From assembly GCA_017632855.1 (NCBI GenBank), contig JAGBQM010000009.1, forward strand, positions 7,082 to 71,081: DNA of 64,000 nucleotides, written 5' to 3'. Positions 47,581 to 57,014 of the stretch are shown here, piece by piece. The notes under the pieces were generated by a model that was not told where the DNA came from, did not search any database, and was given only the letters and a program-made list of their open reading frames with translations. Position numbers and translations under genes: made by a program. Numbering within the stretch: the stretch's first letter is position 1; every line of letters starts with the position of its first letter. The stretch is from Aeriscardovia sp. (GTDB lineage: Bacteria > Actinomycetota > Actinomycetes > Actinomycetales > Bifidobacteriaceae).

Positions 47581-49815
47581 TCAGTCCATAACTTCTATGG
47601 ATTTGTCGGAGGCGGGGAAGCATATCGATCCGTATCCTTTAAAGTTAATCCTCACCCTCATTCCCGTAGGAGAGAAAAATACCTTCTCCACCGTGCCCAG
47701 CCCCATGGTTTTGTGCACTACGCACGCGCCCGGAACGAGTTGCCCTCCGCCTTCGCTTTCTTGGGGTTGGAATCCGGGGGAAGATGAAAGATCCTCAGAA
47801 AAAGACGATCCGTAAGAACTGTAGTCGCGCTTTTTGTAGGGCCTTGAGAAGTTAAAGAAGCCTTGCCCTCCGCCTTCGCTTTCCTTTAAAAGCTCGGGGG
47901 GGATTTCGTCCAAAAAGCGGCTGCGATCCCTGCTTTCGAGCCTGCCGAAAAGAAACCTTTCGTCGGCATAGGTGAGGAAAAGGATCTTTTTGGCCCTGGT
48001 AATGGCTACATAGGCCAGCCTTCGCTCCTCTTCTTCGTCTTTGGAAAAGGCGTTTAACGGCGGAAAGATCCCTTCCTCCATCCCTATTACAAAAACTATC
48101 GGAAATTCCAGCCCTTTGGCGGAGTGGATGGTCATAAGGCTCACGGCTTCTTTTCCGCCCCCCGCTTCGTCTCCCGACTGCATCAAAGACACGTTTTCCA
48201 AGAAATCGGCAACGGAGGCGCGGGAGTTCTGAATTTCCATTTCTTCCGCAGCCGAGCAAAGCTGGTAGAGGTTTTTATTGCGCTCCTCCCTGTTTTCCGC
48301 TTTCTCATCCAGCAGGCCCGATTCTTCCACAACTTCCCTTACGAATCTTCCCAGGGGGAGTAAGGAGGCCGAATTTCTCCATTTCTCCAGTTTTTCTTCC
48401 AGCTCTTTGCACGCTTTGCCTGAGGCGGACTTTAAGTCTTTTGCGTCCTTAAGCGCTTCCTGAAGGCTTATGCCGTTTTCAAAAGCGTAGGCTGAAAGCC
48501 TGTCCTGGCTGATTTTCCCTATGCCTCTTGCCGGAGTGTTTATAATCCTGAGAAGGCTCACGTCGTCTTTGGGGTTGGATACCGAAGACAGGTAGGCTAT
48601 GGCGTCTTTTACCTCTTTTCTGTCATAGAATCTCTTTCCGCCCCTTATTTGGTAAAAAATCCCCCTTGCAACCAGCCTTTTTTCCACAGGTTCGGAAAGA
48701 TCGTTGTTTCTGTAGAGGACGGCGAAATCGGAATAGGGCTCCCCCTCAGAGTGGAGCTCTTCAATGGTGGAAGCTACGAATGAGGCCTCTTCCGTTTCGC
48801 TTTCGCACTCCACCAGCTCCACTTTCCTGCCTTTTTCGTTTTCCGTCCAAAGCTTTTTGTCGATTCTTTTCGGATTGTGCTTTATCACGCTGTTGGCTAC
48901 GGCAAGGATATTTGGGGTAGACCTGTAGTTTTGCTCCAAAAGCACCGTCTTTGAGCCTTTAAAGTCATTGGTGAAGTTGCGGATGATGGAGATGTCCGAA
49001 CCCCTGAAAGCGTATATGGACTGATCGGAATCTCCCACTACCGTAACGCCCGCCTCGGGGGAAGAAAGGAGCCTTATAAGCTTGTACTGGGCGGGATTGG
49101 TGTCCTGGTACTCGTCTACGAAAATTCTCGTAAACCTCTTCTGCAGGGCTTCGCGCACTTGTTCGTCTTTTTCCATAAGCTCTCCCGCTTTGGAAATTAA
49201 GTCGTCAAAGTCGACCGCATCGTTTTTAGCCAGCTCGTTTTCATAATCTCTGTAGATAAGGGCGCTTCTCATATTCCATGGCATTTTTTGGGAGTAGCGG
49301 GCACCGCGGTTAAGGCCTAGATCTTCGAAAACCGCCTCCCAGCTTATACCCCTGTTTTTATACTTTGAGATCCATTTCTTTTGCGATTTGCACTCTTTGC
49401 TCACTTCGGAGGCGAACCCCATTTTGGAGATGATTTGGTTCAGGGCCTTCAGTTTGGCGTCGTCGTCGTAAATCGCAAAGTTTCTGTCCAGTCCCACTGA
49501 AGCCGGGTAGGTCCTCAAGAGCCTGGCGCATGCCGAGTGGAAGGTGGAAATTTGCATGCGCCCCGCGCCGGGGCCCACGAGGGACTTTAGCCTCTCTTTC
49601 ATTTCGTTGGCCGCTTTGTTGGTGAAAGTGATGGCGATAAAGTTGCGGGGTTCGGCTTGCCCCGTCAAAAGTTGGTAGGCGATGCGGCGGGTAAGGACCC
49701 GGGTTTTCCCGCTTCCGGCTCCGGCTGAAACCAGCAGGTAGCGGCCCGGATAAGTTACGGCTTCCCTTTGTTGCGGATTTAGGTTTTCTAGGATTTCTTC
49801 AATGGTTTTGGGCAT
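47581..49815 (-). CDS. pcrA: ATP-dependent DNA helicase PcrA/UvrD family
   Basis: 744 aa with Walker A AGAGSGKT, DEYQDT and SF1 motifs through VAITRAK. Confidence 0.92.
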   Translation of the reverse strand: MPKTIEEILENLNPQQREAVTYPGRYLLVSAGAGSGKTRVLTRRIAYQLLTGQAEPRNFIAITFTNKAANEMKERLKSLVGPGAGRMQISTFHSACARLLRTYPASVGLDRNFAIYDDDAKLKALNQIISKMGFASEVSKECKSQKKWISKYKNRGISWEAVFEDLGLNRGARYSQKMPWNMRSALIYRDYENELAKNDAVDFDDLISKAGELMEKDEQVREALQKRFTRIFVDEYQDTNPAQYKLIRLLSSPEAGVTVVGDSDQSIYAFRGSDISIIRNFTNDFKGSKTVLLEQNYRSTPNILAVANSVIKHNPKRIDKKLWTENEKGRKVELVECESETEEASFVASTIEELHSEGEPYSDFAVLYRNNDLSEPVEKRLVARGIFYQIRGGKRFYDRKEVKDAIAYLSSVSNPKDDVSLLRIINTPARGIGKISQDRLSAYAFENGISLQEALKDAKDLKSASGKACKELEEKLEKWRNSASLLPLGRFVREVVEESGLLDEKAENREERNKNLYQLCSAAEEMEIQNSRASVADFLENVSLMQSGDEAGGGKEAVSLMTIHSAKGLEFPIVFVIGMEEGIFPPLNAFSKDEEEERRLAYVAITRAKKILFLTYADERFLFGRLESRDRSRFLDEIPPELLKESEGGGQGFFNFSRPYKKRDYSSYGSSFSEDLSSSPGFQPQESEGGGQLVPGACVVHKTMGLGTVEKVFFSPTGMRVRINFKGYGSICFPASDKSIEVMD

Positions 49816-49871
49816 AGCTACCTTTTAGAGAGATAGGGGCTGACGCATAAAGCGAGGGGAAAAAGTGAAGG

Positions 49872-51137
49872 CTACTTAGAGGAAGAAGCCTGCTTGGAAT
49901 CGGATCCCTGCTGGGTTTGGGATGCGGGAGCGAGCCCGCTCTGAAAATCGCTCACTCCCTTTCTCAGCCTTCCCAAAGCATCGTCGAGTTCGGAGCGCGG
50001 GCAGGCCACATTCATTCTCAGAAACACCCTTCCGTTGCCGCGGAACTTGTCGCCGGAAAGAAGGATTAATCCGGTATCCTCTTCAAGATAGTTTGCGAGA
50101 TCCCTTGAAGTCTTTCCTTTGGAGGAAGCCAAGAGGGCGCTGCAGTCGAGCCACATGAGGTAGGTGGCCTGAGAGGGCACGGGCTTTATTTCAGGGATGG
50201 AAGAAGAGAAGAACTGTTTTGCGTGATCTATATTCCCCCACAGGTAGTTTTTAAGGGCCGCCACCCAGTCATCCGACTTCTGGTAGGCGGCAATGGTCCC
50301 CTGAAGGGAAGTGGTGCCGGGGGAGATGATGTCTGCAATGGCAAAACCTCTTGAGCAGATTTCCCTTAGGGCCCTGTCGGGGATGATGACGCTGGCTGAA
50401 TGAAGCCCCGGGGTGTTGAAGGTTTTGGAGGTGCTGGTAAGCATTATGGCCACATTCGTCAGATCCTTGGGAAGGCTCAAAACCGGCGTGTAGCTTTGTC
50501 CGGGCTCCAAAACCAGATCTCCCCAGATTTCGTCGCACACGACCGTTATGTGGTAAGTGTGCGCCATGCGCAGAATCGTGGTCAGCTCGCTTTGCTTCCA
50601 GCAGGTGCCGGTGGGGTTGCAGGGATTTGCCAAAAGCATCAGGGAGGCGTGGCCGTTTGAAAAGGCGTTTTCCAACAGATCCCAGTTTATCGAGTACTCG
50701 TTTACCGAAGAGTCGTAGTCAAGAGGCACTTCTATCACGTGCCTGCCGTTGTCGAAAATGACGTTGAAATAGGCATTGCAAATCGGGGTGAGCATTACTA
50801 TGTTGTCGCCTATGTTGCTTAAGCGCTGAATTATTACCGATATGGCGGGAATTACGCCGTTGCAGTATAAAATCCACTCCTTGGCAGGCTCCCAGTTGTG
50901 CTTGGAAGTGCACCATCTGACGATGGACTGGTAGTAGTCGTCTTTCGGAATTTCATATCCGTAGATCCTCGTGCTGATTTTCTTTTCAAGGGCGCTTATG
51001 ACGGCCGGGGAGGTTTTAAAGTCCATATCCGCGATCGTCATGGGCAGCTGCCCCTCCTGCACGTCCCATTTCACAGAATTGGTATTCATGCGGTTTATGA
51101 CCGTGTCAAATTCAAATTCATCGGGCATTTCGTTCAC
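49872..51137 (-). CDS. MalY/PatB-type PLP-dependent C-S lyase (cystathionine beta-lyase-like aminotransferase)
   Basis: 421 aa with NPCNPTG and the PLP-lysine context STSKTFN. Confidence 0.85.
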   Translation of the reverse strand: MNEMPDEFEFDTVINRMNTNSVKWDVQEGQLPMTIADMDFKTSPAVISALEKKISTRIYGYEIPKDDYYQSIVRWCTSKHNWEPAKEWILYCNGVIPAISVIIQRLSNIGDNIVMLTPICNAYFNVIFDNGRHVIEVPLDYDSSVNEYSINWDLLENAFSNGHASLMLLANPCNPTGTCWKQSELTTILRMAHTYHITVVCDEIWGDLVLEPGQSYTPVLSLPKDLTNVAIMLTSTSKTFNTPGLHSASVIIPDRALREICSRGFAIADIISPGTTSLQGTIAAYQKSDDWVAALKNYLWGNIDHAKQFFSSSIPEIKPVPSQATYLMWLDCSALLASSKGKTSRDLANYLEEDTGLILLSGDKFRGNGRVFLRMNVACPRSELDDALGRLRKGVSDFQSGLAPASQTQQGSDSKQASSSK

Positions 51138-51179
51138 CTCGGTTTAAGTATCCCAATATCTAATAGTACAAAGGCGCCC

Positions 51180-51725
51180 TTAAACCAAACGCCACTTGAC
51201 TACGACGAGCTGATTTATGGACCAGTAGAGAACGCCGTAGAGCCCTCCTCCAATTCCCGAAAGGAAGGCCACCATCCACGTCGGGTAGCGGCTCTTGACT
51301 ACGAAGAGGGTGAGGAATCCCATACACAGCCCTATCCCTATGAAAAGCACGCAGTTTGACCAGAAGATCCTTAATACTCGGATGCGGTGCAGCCTCCGGT
51401 TTTCCCCCTCTATGCGGGTGACGCTCTTTTGGATTTGCGAAATTATAAACAGGCTGTAAGCCAGTTCCACTGCGGTAAAGCAGGCCGTTATTAAAACTAT
51501 CTTGGAGAAATGGTAATTTTTTTTGTCTGCGCACCAAAACAGCACCGTCCAAATGACGAAAAAGGCGATGGCGTTTAGCAGGTAAAGGAGCCATTTGCTG
51601 AAGGTCGGCCTGGTGTCTGCCGTTGTTGCCTTCGCCCTGGCGGCTAAAACGACTTTCCTCCTTTGCTTTTTTTCATTTTTCCTCATCAGCTGTTGGGCTG
51701 TAAGCTTTTTCTTTTTATTTGCCAT
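51180..51725 (-). CDS. hypothetical membrane protein (4 TM) with a strongly basic N-terminus
   Basis: 181 aa. K/R-rich first 35 aa followed by four hydrophobic segments. No family recognised. Confidence 0.55.
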   Translation of the reverse strand: MANKKKKLTAQQLMRKNEKKQRRKVVLAARAKATTADTRPTFSKWLLYLLNAIAFFVIWTVLFWCADKKNYHFSKIVLITACFTAVELAYSLFIISQIQKSVTRIEGENRRLHRIRVLRIFWSNCVLFIGIGLCMGFLTLFVVKSRYPTWMVAFLSGIGGGLYGVLYWSINQLVVVKWRLV

Positions 51726-51824
51726 TCTCTACCTTTTGTGCCTTATAGCGGACTCGACTGCTTATCTTGTTAGACGATTAAATTATATTGATAGCAAAAG
51801 GTCAGAAAAGGACGGGGTTAGGGA

Positions 51825-52250
51825 ATGAAAGTTTGCTTGGGATTTGCTTTATTCTATATGGTTTTAGGGCTTTGCCTGGGAGTTTTTGCAAGGGAGTACA
51901 CGAAGAGGAAGGGTTTGGATCCTGCGGAAGCCAAGAAGACTAACCTTATAGATCTTCATCCCCACACCCTGATACTGGGAATGTTCATGTTCCTGATACT
52001 CAGCGTATTCGGGTACCTTTCCCACTCTTTTGCGGCCGACAGGGCCTTATTCGTCTGGTTTATGATAATTTACAATATCGGCGTTCTCGGCACGGTGTTC
52101 ATGCTGTTTGTAAGGGGGATGGCGCAGCTGGGATCCAAAACTCCCGGCAAAAAGGAAAACGCGATGATTTCCGGAATAGCGGGCGTTATGCACATAATCC
52201 TTTCCATAGGCCTCATCCTGCTTTTTTGCACCCTTTACCACTGCCTGTGA
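51825..52250 (+). CDS. DUF2871 family membrane protein
   Basis: 141 aa. GVFAREYTK...LHPHTLILGMF...YNIGVLGTV..RG pattern matches my memory of DUF2871. Confidence 0.65.
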   Translation: MKVCLGFALFYMVLGLCLGVFAREYTKRKGLDPAEAKKTNLIDLHPHTLILGMFMFLILSVFGYLSHSFAADRALFVWFMIIYNIGVLGTVFMLFVRGMAQLGSKTPGKKENAMISGIAGVMHIILSIGLILLFCTLYHCL

Positions 52251-52266
52251 ATTTAACTTTTTCTTT

Positions 52267-52291
52267 GCGGGAGTCATCCCGCATTTTTTTT
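52267..52291 (+). terminator. rho-independent terminator of the DUF2871 gene
   Basis: GCGGGA-gtca-TCCCGC followed by A and then T8. Confidence 0.85.
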
Positions 52292-52307
52292 GCCCTGCCC
52301 CGCGTTT

Positions 52308-52912
52308 TCATTTCTTTCTTCCCTTTTCTCTGCCTTTTGACCTTTTTGCCGCCAAAGCGAATCCCGCAGCGCTAAGCAGTATCGACCCCAGCCCTATAAG
52401 AAAGATCAGCGCGCCCCCGCGCCCTCCTGTCAACGGAAGGCTCTTTTTCATTGTTTTTCCCTTCCCCTATGCTTACCTGGCTTGCAGGGGACTGAATGGA
52501 GAAGGGGCCCGGAGGAGAGGAGGAGTAAGAGGCCGCGGAGGAGATTTGGTTCGAATCGGGAACTTGAGGCCGAATTCTGATTCAAAAACCCTTTAAATTC
52601 CACTTCCAGATTTCCCGAAGAAGCCAAATTTTTGGCGATGTTGGAGGCCGAAGCAAAGAAGATAGAGAGCGTTTGGCCGCCCGTGATTGCGGGGGAGCCG
52701 GAATCGCTAGGATTTTTGCGCCCGGTATTGAAGAAACGGGAGTGCCCCCTATCGTAAAGTAGCCCCCGTTTTCCGCAAGAGCCCCGTTATAAACGTCCAC
52801 ACCCGACTTCGGATCTATTTGCAGCCTGCAGCAGGCGTAGTTGCCAAGCATTTGGGCAGGAGAGGGCAGGGAAGAGGCAATCCTGAAGTCTATAAATCCG
52901 GGGCGTTTTTCC
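52308..52912 (-). pseudogene. decayed partial paralogue of the adjacent surface-protein gene (last module plus LPXTG sorting signal, at least 3 frameshifts)
   Basis: Hand translation of the minus strand in four successive frames gives four pieces. (1) PGFIDFRIASSLPSPAQMLGNYACCRLQIDPKSGVDVYNGALAENGGYFTIGGTPVSSIPGAKILA. (2) LSIFFASASNIAKNLASSGNLEVEFKGFLNQN. (3) DSNQISSAASYSSSPPGPFSIQSPASQVSIGEGKNNEK. (4) MKKSLPLTGGRGGALIFLIGLGSILLSAAGFALAAKRSKGREKGRKK-stop. Each piece is collinear with the C-terminal ~200 aa of the 1345-aa protein. Confidence 0.85.
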
Positions 52913-55900
52913 CTATCTTCTTTTAAACTTTTTGGATATTTTCAACGCGCCCGCTCCGGCAGCCATCAACAGCACTCCAAATACCGACACCATAAACATG
53001 CTCATTTCCTGGCTTCCGGTGTAGGGAAGGGATTTTATGGACGTGGCCCTCTCCTCTTCTACGCTGATCTCGCTTTGCTGCGACTTAAGGGAAAAGGTTC
53101 CCGTAGCGGAAGGGGCAAGATAGGAAGCTGTAGAGATCTGATTTGAATCGGCAGTAAAGGAGGCGTTCTGGTTCAAAAACCCTACCGCCTCCACTTCCAA
53201 GCTCCCGGTTTTAGCCAGACCCTTGGAAATCAAATAGCTGATCGAGGCCGGAGTGAAAATCACGCTTATGTTATTCGGACTTTCAATCGAATTGGAGGGG
53301 GAAGTGCTCAAAATTTTAATGCCGGGAACTGAAGAAAGCGGCGTGGAACCCACGGTAAGGTACTGCGAGTTTTGCGCCAAAGCCCCGTTGTAGAGGCTGA
53401 TTCCTGATTCCGGAGTTATCTGAAGCCTGAAGTACCCGTAATTTCCCGCCATCTGATCGGGGGAGGGAAGGGTGGATGAAATTTGAAAATTTATGGGTTC
53501 CGCCTGCAAGTAGGCAGGGTTTTCCTGCGCTTTTCCGTCTTTAACTACCCGTATGACGGAAGTGGGGGAGGAAACCTGCGTAGCGGATACGTATACGGTA
53601 GAGCACCTGTAGCTTCCCCTCTCATACTTCCAGAGCACGTCGGTGGGAAGGTAGTTTACGGTAGAGGGACCTTGTCCGTTGCACAGGATCCACCATCCGC
53701 TAGACATCCCGGGGTCCTGAGGAAAGTTGCTTTGGTAGCCCGCAAACCCGTAAAGGGCGTTGGAGGCTCCCGAAGCTCCGGCGGAAAGCTGGCCGTAAAA
53801 GGTTATGGCGAACTTGTCTCCGGGCTTCAGGCCCCCCGCAGGCTTATAGGCTTTGGACGTGAAAGTGGCCGCCGCTTCACCGTTTTCTTCGATGTATTTG
53901 ATTCCTGCCGAATTGAACGCCATTCCCCAGTAAGTGGAATCTTTTGCGGGAATGGTGGAAGAGTTGGAAGAGGATCCAGAAATGTACTGCTGGTTGTCTT
54001 CCTGCTGCTGGGGAGTGAGGCCTCCAAAATCGGTAGAGTCCCCCTGCAGGGTGGAGTCTCCCTGATACCCTATTCCGGCCACATAGGTGGAGTCGGAAAG
54101 GAAAGTCTGCACCTCCACGCCCTCCCCGGGAGAGACCTGGATTCCATACCAGCCCGGAATGGTCAAAGAGTTAGCGGCGGCGGAAGTGTTGAGAAGGGAA
54201 CTGGGATCCGGGAGCGTGGCCGTCAGTTGAAACTCTATGGGCTCCCCCGGAGTGTAGACGGGGTTTCTTTCCAAAAGCCCCGTGGATTGGTTCACCACGT
54301 TCATTTGTACCGAAAGGGGAGTGGAAATCCCGTTGTACTTCACCCCCACCGACGCCATGGGGGATTTTTCTTCATAGGCTTGCCCGTTTACGCTTCCCTT
54401 GTAAGCGCTGTAGGCGGTATTGAAGCAGTTGGAGCGCTGGAGGGGAGCGGAAGAGTTTAATTCTCCCGTAAAGGTGATGGCAAAAAGGGATCCCGGATTA
54501 ATTCCTGCCTCGTCTGAAGCTTCCGCGCTTCTAGTGGCGGGGGAATGCCCGTATTTTTCGAGGTATTCTACAGACGACGGGGAAAAAACTACCGTAAAGT
54601 TTTGACTTTTAGCTTCGTTTCCTTCAAGCCAAGCATCGGAAGAGGAGGCGCTCGCCTTTACGCCCGGAACGCTTAAAAGCGGAAGCCCTGCGATCTCAAA
54701 GTCGGATGGATTTTCTTCGGGATTTTCCACGCTTACCCCGGATCGCGGGGCGTCAGTGAGAATGAAAGAGGAGTACTTCCCGCTCATTTGCGAGGGATTG
54801 GGAAGCGCGGCTTCGAGCTGGTAAGTGATGGGCGTATTTAGGCTGGTGTAGGGATTCTGGTTTATATAGCCCTGATCGAGCACGTTCAGATTTGAAGAGG
54901 GAGATACGGTCAAAACCTGGGGATAAAGGGAAATCGTCTCAGTGGAAATGACATCCTGAGCTCCCTGGGACTGGGAGGAAGAAGGCTGGGAAGACCACGA
55001 AAGTTGGAGTCGATCCGTAACGACGCCCGAGGCCTTGTTGGTCACAAACCCGTTGAAAACAATGGCGAACTTGTCTCCGGGCTTTAAGCCGGAAGCGCCT
55101 TGGGGGGAAGAAGCCGTAGCGGGCCCGGATCCGTACTGTTGCAGCTCTTCAATTTCTGAAGGCGTCAAAACCAGCTCCCAGTAGCCCGATCCGTCAGAGC
55201 TACCTTCTATCATCGGCACCGTATTTTTAGAGCTGGCATTGAAGGTGGGCTTCAATTTGCCGTTGCCAAGAGGCTGGCCCGCTATGGAAAACTGTCCGTT
55301 TTGCGAGTAAGAAGCGGCGATATTGGTCAGGATGTAACCCGGGTTTGGAAGAGCCAGGCCCTGCCCCGGAGTGTTTTTAATAACCAGATAGGCATTTTTT
55401 CCCTTCATGCCCGCAGGATTTGGAAGTGTGAGAACGACTTGAAAGCGGAATTTTCCGGTTGAGCTGTTAATCATGGTAGAGGAATCGGAAGAAGTTTCCA
55501 GTTTTGTCGAATAATAGTGGGGGCTTGAAGTTTCCACCAAACCGTCTGAGTCAAGAAGGTTAATCTCCATCTCTTCTTCAGGTTCCGATTCTTCGCTTCC
55601 CTCAAGAGAGATTGTAATTTGGGCGGGGGAAGGGGAGACGCTGCTCCACGCCGATTGGGACTTAAAGCCCGCCAGGGCCTTCAAGGAGGAAGTTTGCGGA
55701 GGATTTTCCGAAAGCTGCCCTGAAAAAGTCAAAGCGAAGGGCGATCCCGCTTTAATTCCGGGAACGCTTGCCTGCGGCTCGGAAGAGGAGGCGGGGGCAA
55801 ATCCGTCCTTTTCGATTTGCGAAATGTCTTGAGCGCTCAGTTCCAGTATCCAGTAGGCGAACCTCCCCCCGCCAACAGTTGAATCCGATCCGGAAGAGGT

Positions 55901-56950
55901 CTCTTCCTCCCAGCCTGCATCGAGGCTTGAAAGGGGAAGGCCGGCTACTTTTGCAGATTGGAGGTCGGTCAAGTCAAACCCTAAAGAGGGAAGAATCTTA
56001 AAGGCGAAGTATGCGCTTTGCCCCGTCATGGAGGAGGCGGCGGGGAGGGGGGCCGAGGCCTGAAAATCCAAAGAAGCTCCGGAAGCGGCGGAAAGGGTTT
56101 GATCCTTGACTAGAAGCCCTCCCTTGAGCTGTCCCAGCTGCACGTTAAGGCTCCCGTCGTTTTTGTGTTCGGGAGGGGCCATATTAATGGAAGCGGTTGA
56201 AAGAGAGGACCATGAAGAAGGGGCCTGACTGGAGCTTCCTGCAAACCCGCCGTAGGCCGTCAGCCTGTTTTTGGCGCTTTCCGTGGAAGAAGAGATCTTT
56301 ATGTAGAAAGTTATCCCGAACCTGTCTCCGGGCTTTAAGCCTGCTGCAGAGGCGGTGGGAGACTGCGCGGTGGCGGCTTCATGGCCGTACGTTTCCAAAA
56401 AGCTTATGAAGGCAGGAGAAAAGGTAAGAACCCACTGGGCTCCAGGGCCGCTCCAAACATTTGTGGCGGATCCCAATCCCGAAAAGGATATTCCTCCCAG
56501 GGATCCTTCTGCAAGCGCGTCTTCTATTCCCACGCTGTTGTTGGAAGAGCTATAAGGCTTTGACATATCAATTCCGGCGAGAGCCGGAGCGTAGGATCCG
56601 CCTTCTATCCATGTGCCCATGGAGTCCAGAAGCGTAGTTTTCACCCCTCCGGATACCTCCGCCCCTACGGCGAGGTCTTTGCCTTCGTTTTGCACTTCCT
56701 GCACTGTGGGGAGGGTTGCGCTTAATTGCACGTGGTAGGTTTGAGACGCCTTAAAGGTGGGATCGGTATCTACGGTGCCGTTGGAATTTAAAACGTCCAG
56801 GCGCACGTCGGGGTTGAAGCTGCCCACCGAAGCGTAGGACTTGAGGCCCAAAATCAAAGCCAGGCCTATAATGCAAGCCGCTACCGAGAAAAAGAGGAGA
56901 AAATAGCGAATGCGCTTCTTGTAAGCATTGCTACGAAAGCCGCTGCCCAT
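52913..56950 (-). CDS. LPXTG-anchored modular cell-wall surface protein (putative adhesin), 1345 aa
   Basis: N-terminal signal/TM (YFLLFFSVAACIIGLALILG). Six ~200-aa modules, each with an (L/T)LP.P..M.G-type strand and most with a G(L/I)(K/N)PGD(K/R)F(A/G)I(T/V)F strand. C-terminal LPYTG, hydrophobic helix and KKFKRR tail. AAGGAG SD. Confidence 0.9.
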   Translation of the reverse strand: MGSGFRSNAYKKRIRYFLLFFSVAACIIGLALILGLKSYASVGSFNPDVRLDVLNSNGTVDTDPTFKASQTYHVQLSATLPTVQEVQNEGKDLAVGAEVSGGVKTTLLDSMGTWIEGGSYAPALAGIDMSKPYSSSNNSVGIEDALAEGSLGGISFSGLGSATNVWSGPGAQWVLTFSPAFISFLETYGHEAATAQSPTASAAGLKPGDRFGITFYIKISSSTESAKNRLTAYGGFAGSSSQAPSSWSSLSTASINMAPPEHKNDGSLNVQLGQLKGGLLVKDQTLSAASGASLDFQASAPLPAASSMTGQSAYFAFKILPSLGFDLTDLQSAKVAGLPLSSLDAGWEEETSSGSDSTVGGGRFAYWILELSAQDISQIEKDGFAPASSSEPQASVPGIKAGSPFALTFSGQLSENPPQTSSLKALAGFKSQSAWSSVSPSPAQITISLEGSEESEPEEEMEINLLDSDGLVETSSPHYYSTKLETSSDSSTMINSSTGKFRFQVVLTLPNPAGMKGKNAYLVIKNTPGQGLALPNPGYILTNIAASYSQNGQFSIAGQPLGNGKLKPTFNASSKNTVPMIEGSSDGSGYWELVLTPSEIEELQQYGSGPATASSPQGASGLKPGDKFAIVFNGFVTNKASGVVTDRLQLSWSSQPSSSQSQGAQDVISTETISLYPQVLTVSPSSNLNVLDQGYINQNPYTSLNTPITYQLEAALPNPSQMSGKYSSFILTDAPRSGVSVENPEENPSDFEIAGLPLLSVPGVKASASSSDAWLEGNEAKSQNFTVVFSPSSVEYLEKYGHSPATRSAEASDEAGINPGSLFAITFTGELNSSAPLQRSNCFNTAYSAYKGSVNGQAYEEKSPMASVGVKYNGISTPLSVQMNVVNQSTGLLERNPVYTPGEPIEFQLTATLPDPSSLLNTSAAANSLTIPGWYGIQVSPGEGVEVQTFLSDSTYVAGIGYQGDSTLQGDSTDFGGLTPQQQEDNQQYISGSSSNSSTIPAKDSTYWGMAFNSAGIKYIEENGEAAATFTSKAYKPAGGLKPGDKFAITFYGQLSAGASGASNALYGFAGYQSNFPQDPGMSSGWWILCNGQGPSTVNYLPTDVLWKYERGSYRCSTVYVSATQVSSPTSVIRVVKDGKAQENPAYLQAEPINFQISSTLPSPDQMAGNYGYFRLQITPESGISLYNGALAQNSQYLTVGSTPLSSVPGIKILSTSPSNSIESPNNISVIFTPASISYLISKGLAKTGSLEVEAVGFLNQNASFTADSNQISTASYLAPSATGTFSLKSQQSEISVEEERATSIKSLPYTGSQEMSMFMVSVFGVLLMAAGAGALKISKKFKRR

Positions 56951-57014
56951 CGCTTTGCTCCTTTATTTCCAGAATTTCAGGCGAGGCCTTACCCCCTTTT
57001 TTCCACATTTTACC

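Noticed and set aside
52541-52570. GGTTCGAATC string resembling a tRNA/tmRNA T-loop inside the pseudogene region
   Set aside because: No flanking T-stem or acceptor pairing can be drawn. It falls within the segment that translates collinearly with the adhesin C-terminus, so it is coincidental.
53483-54460. 325-aa ORF antisense to the adhesin gene
   Set aside because: Same reasoning as above. The opposite strand carries a 1345-codon ORF with a signal peptide, repeats and LPXTG. The antisense product is G/R/S-rich with no start context.
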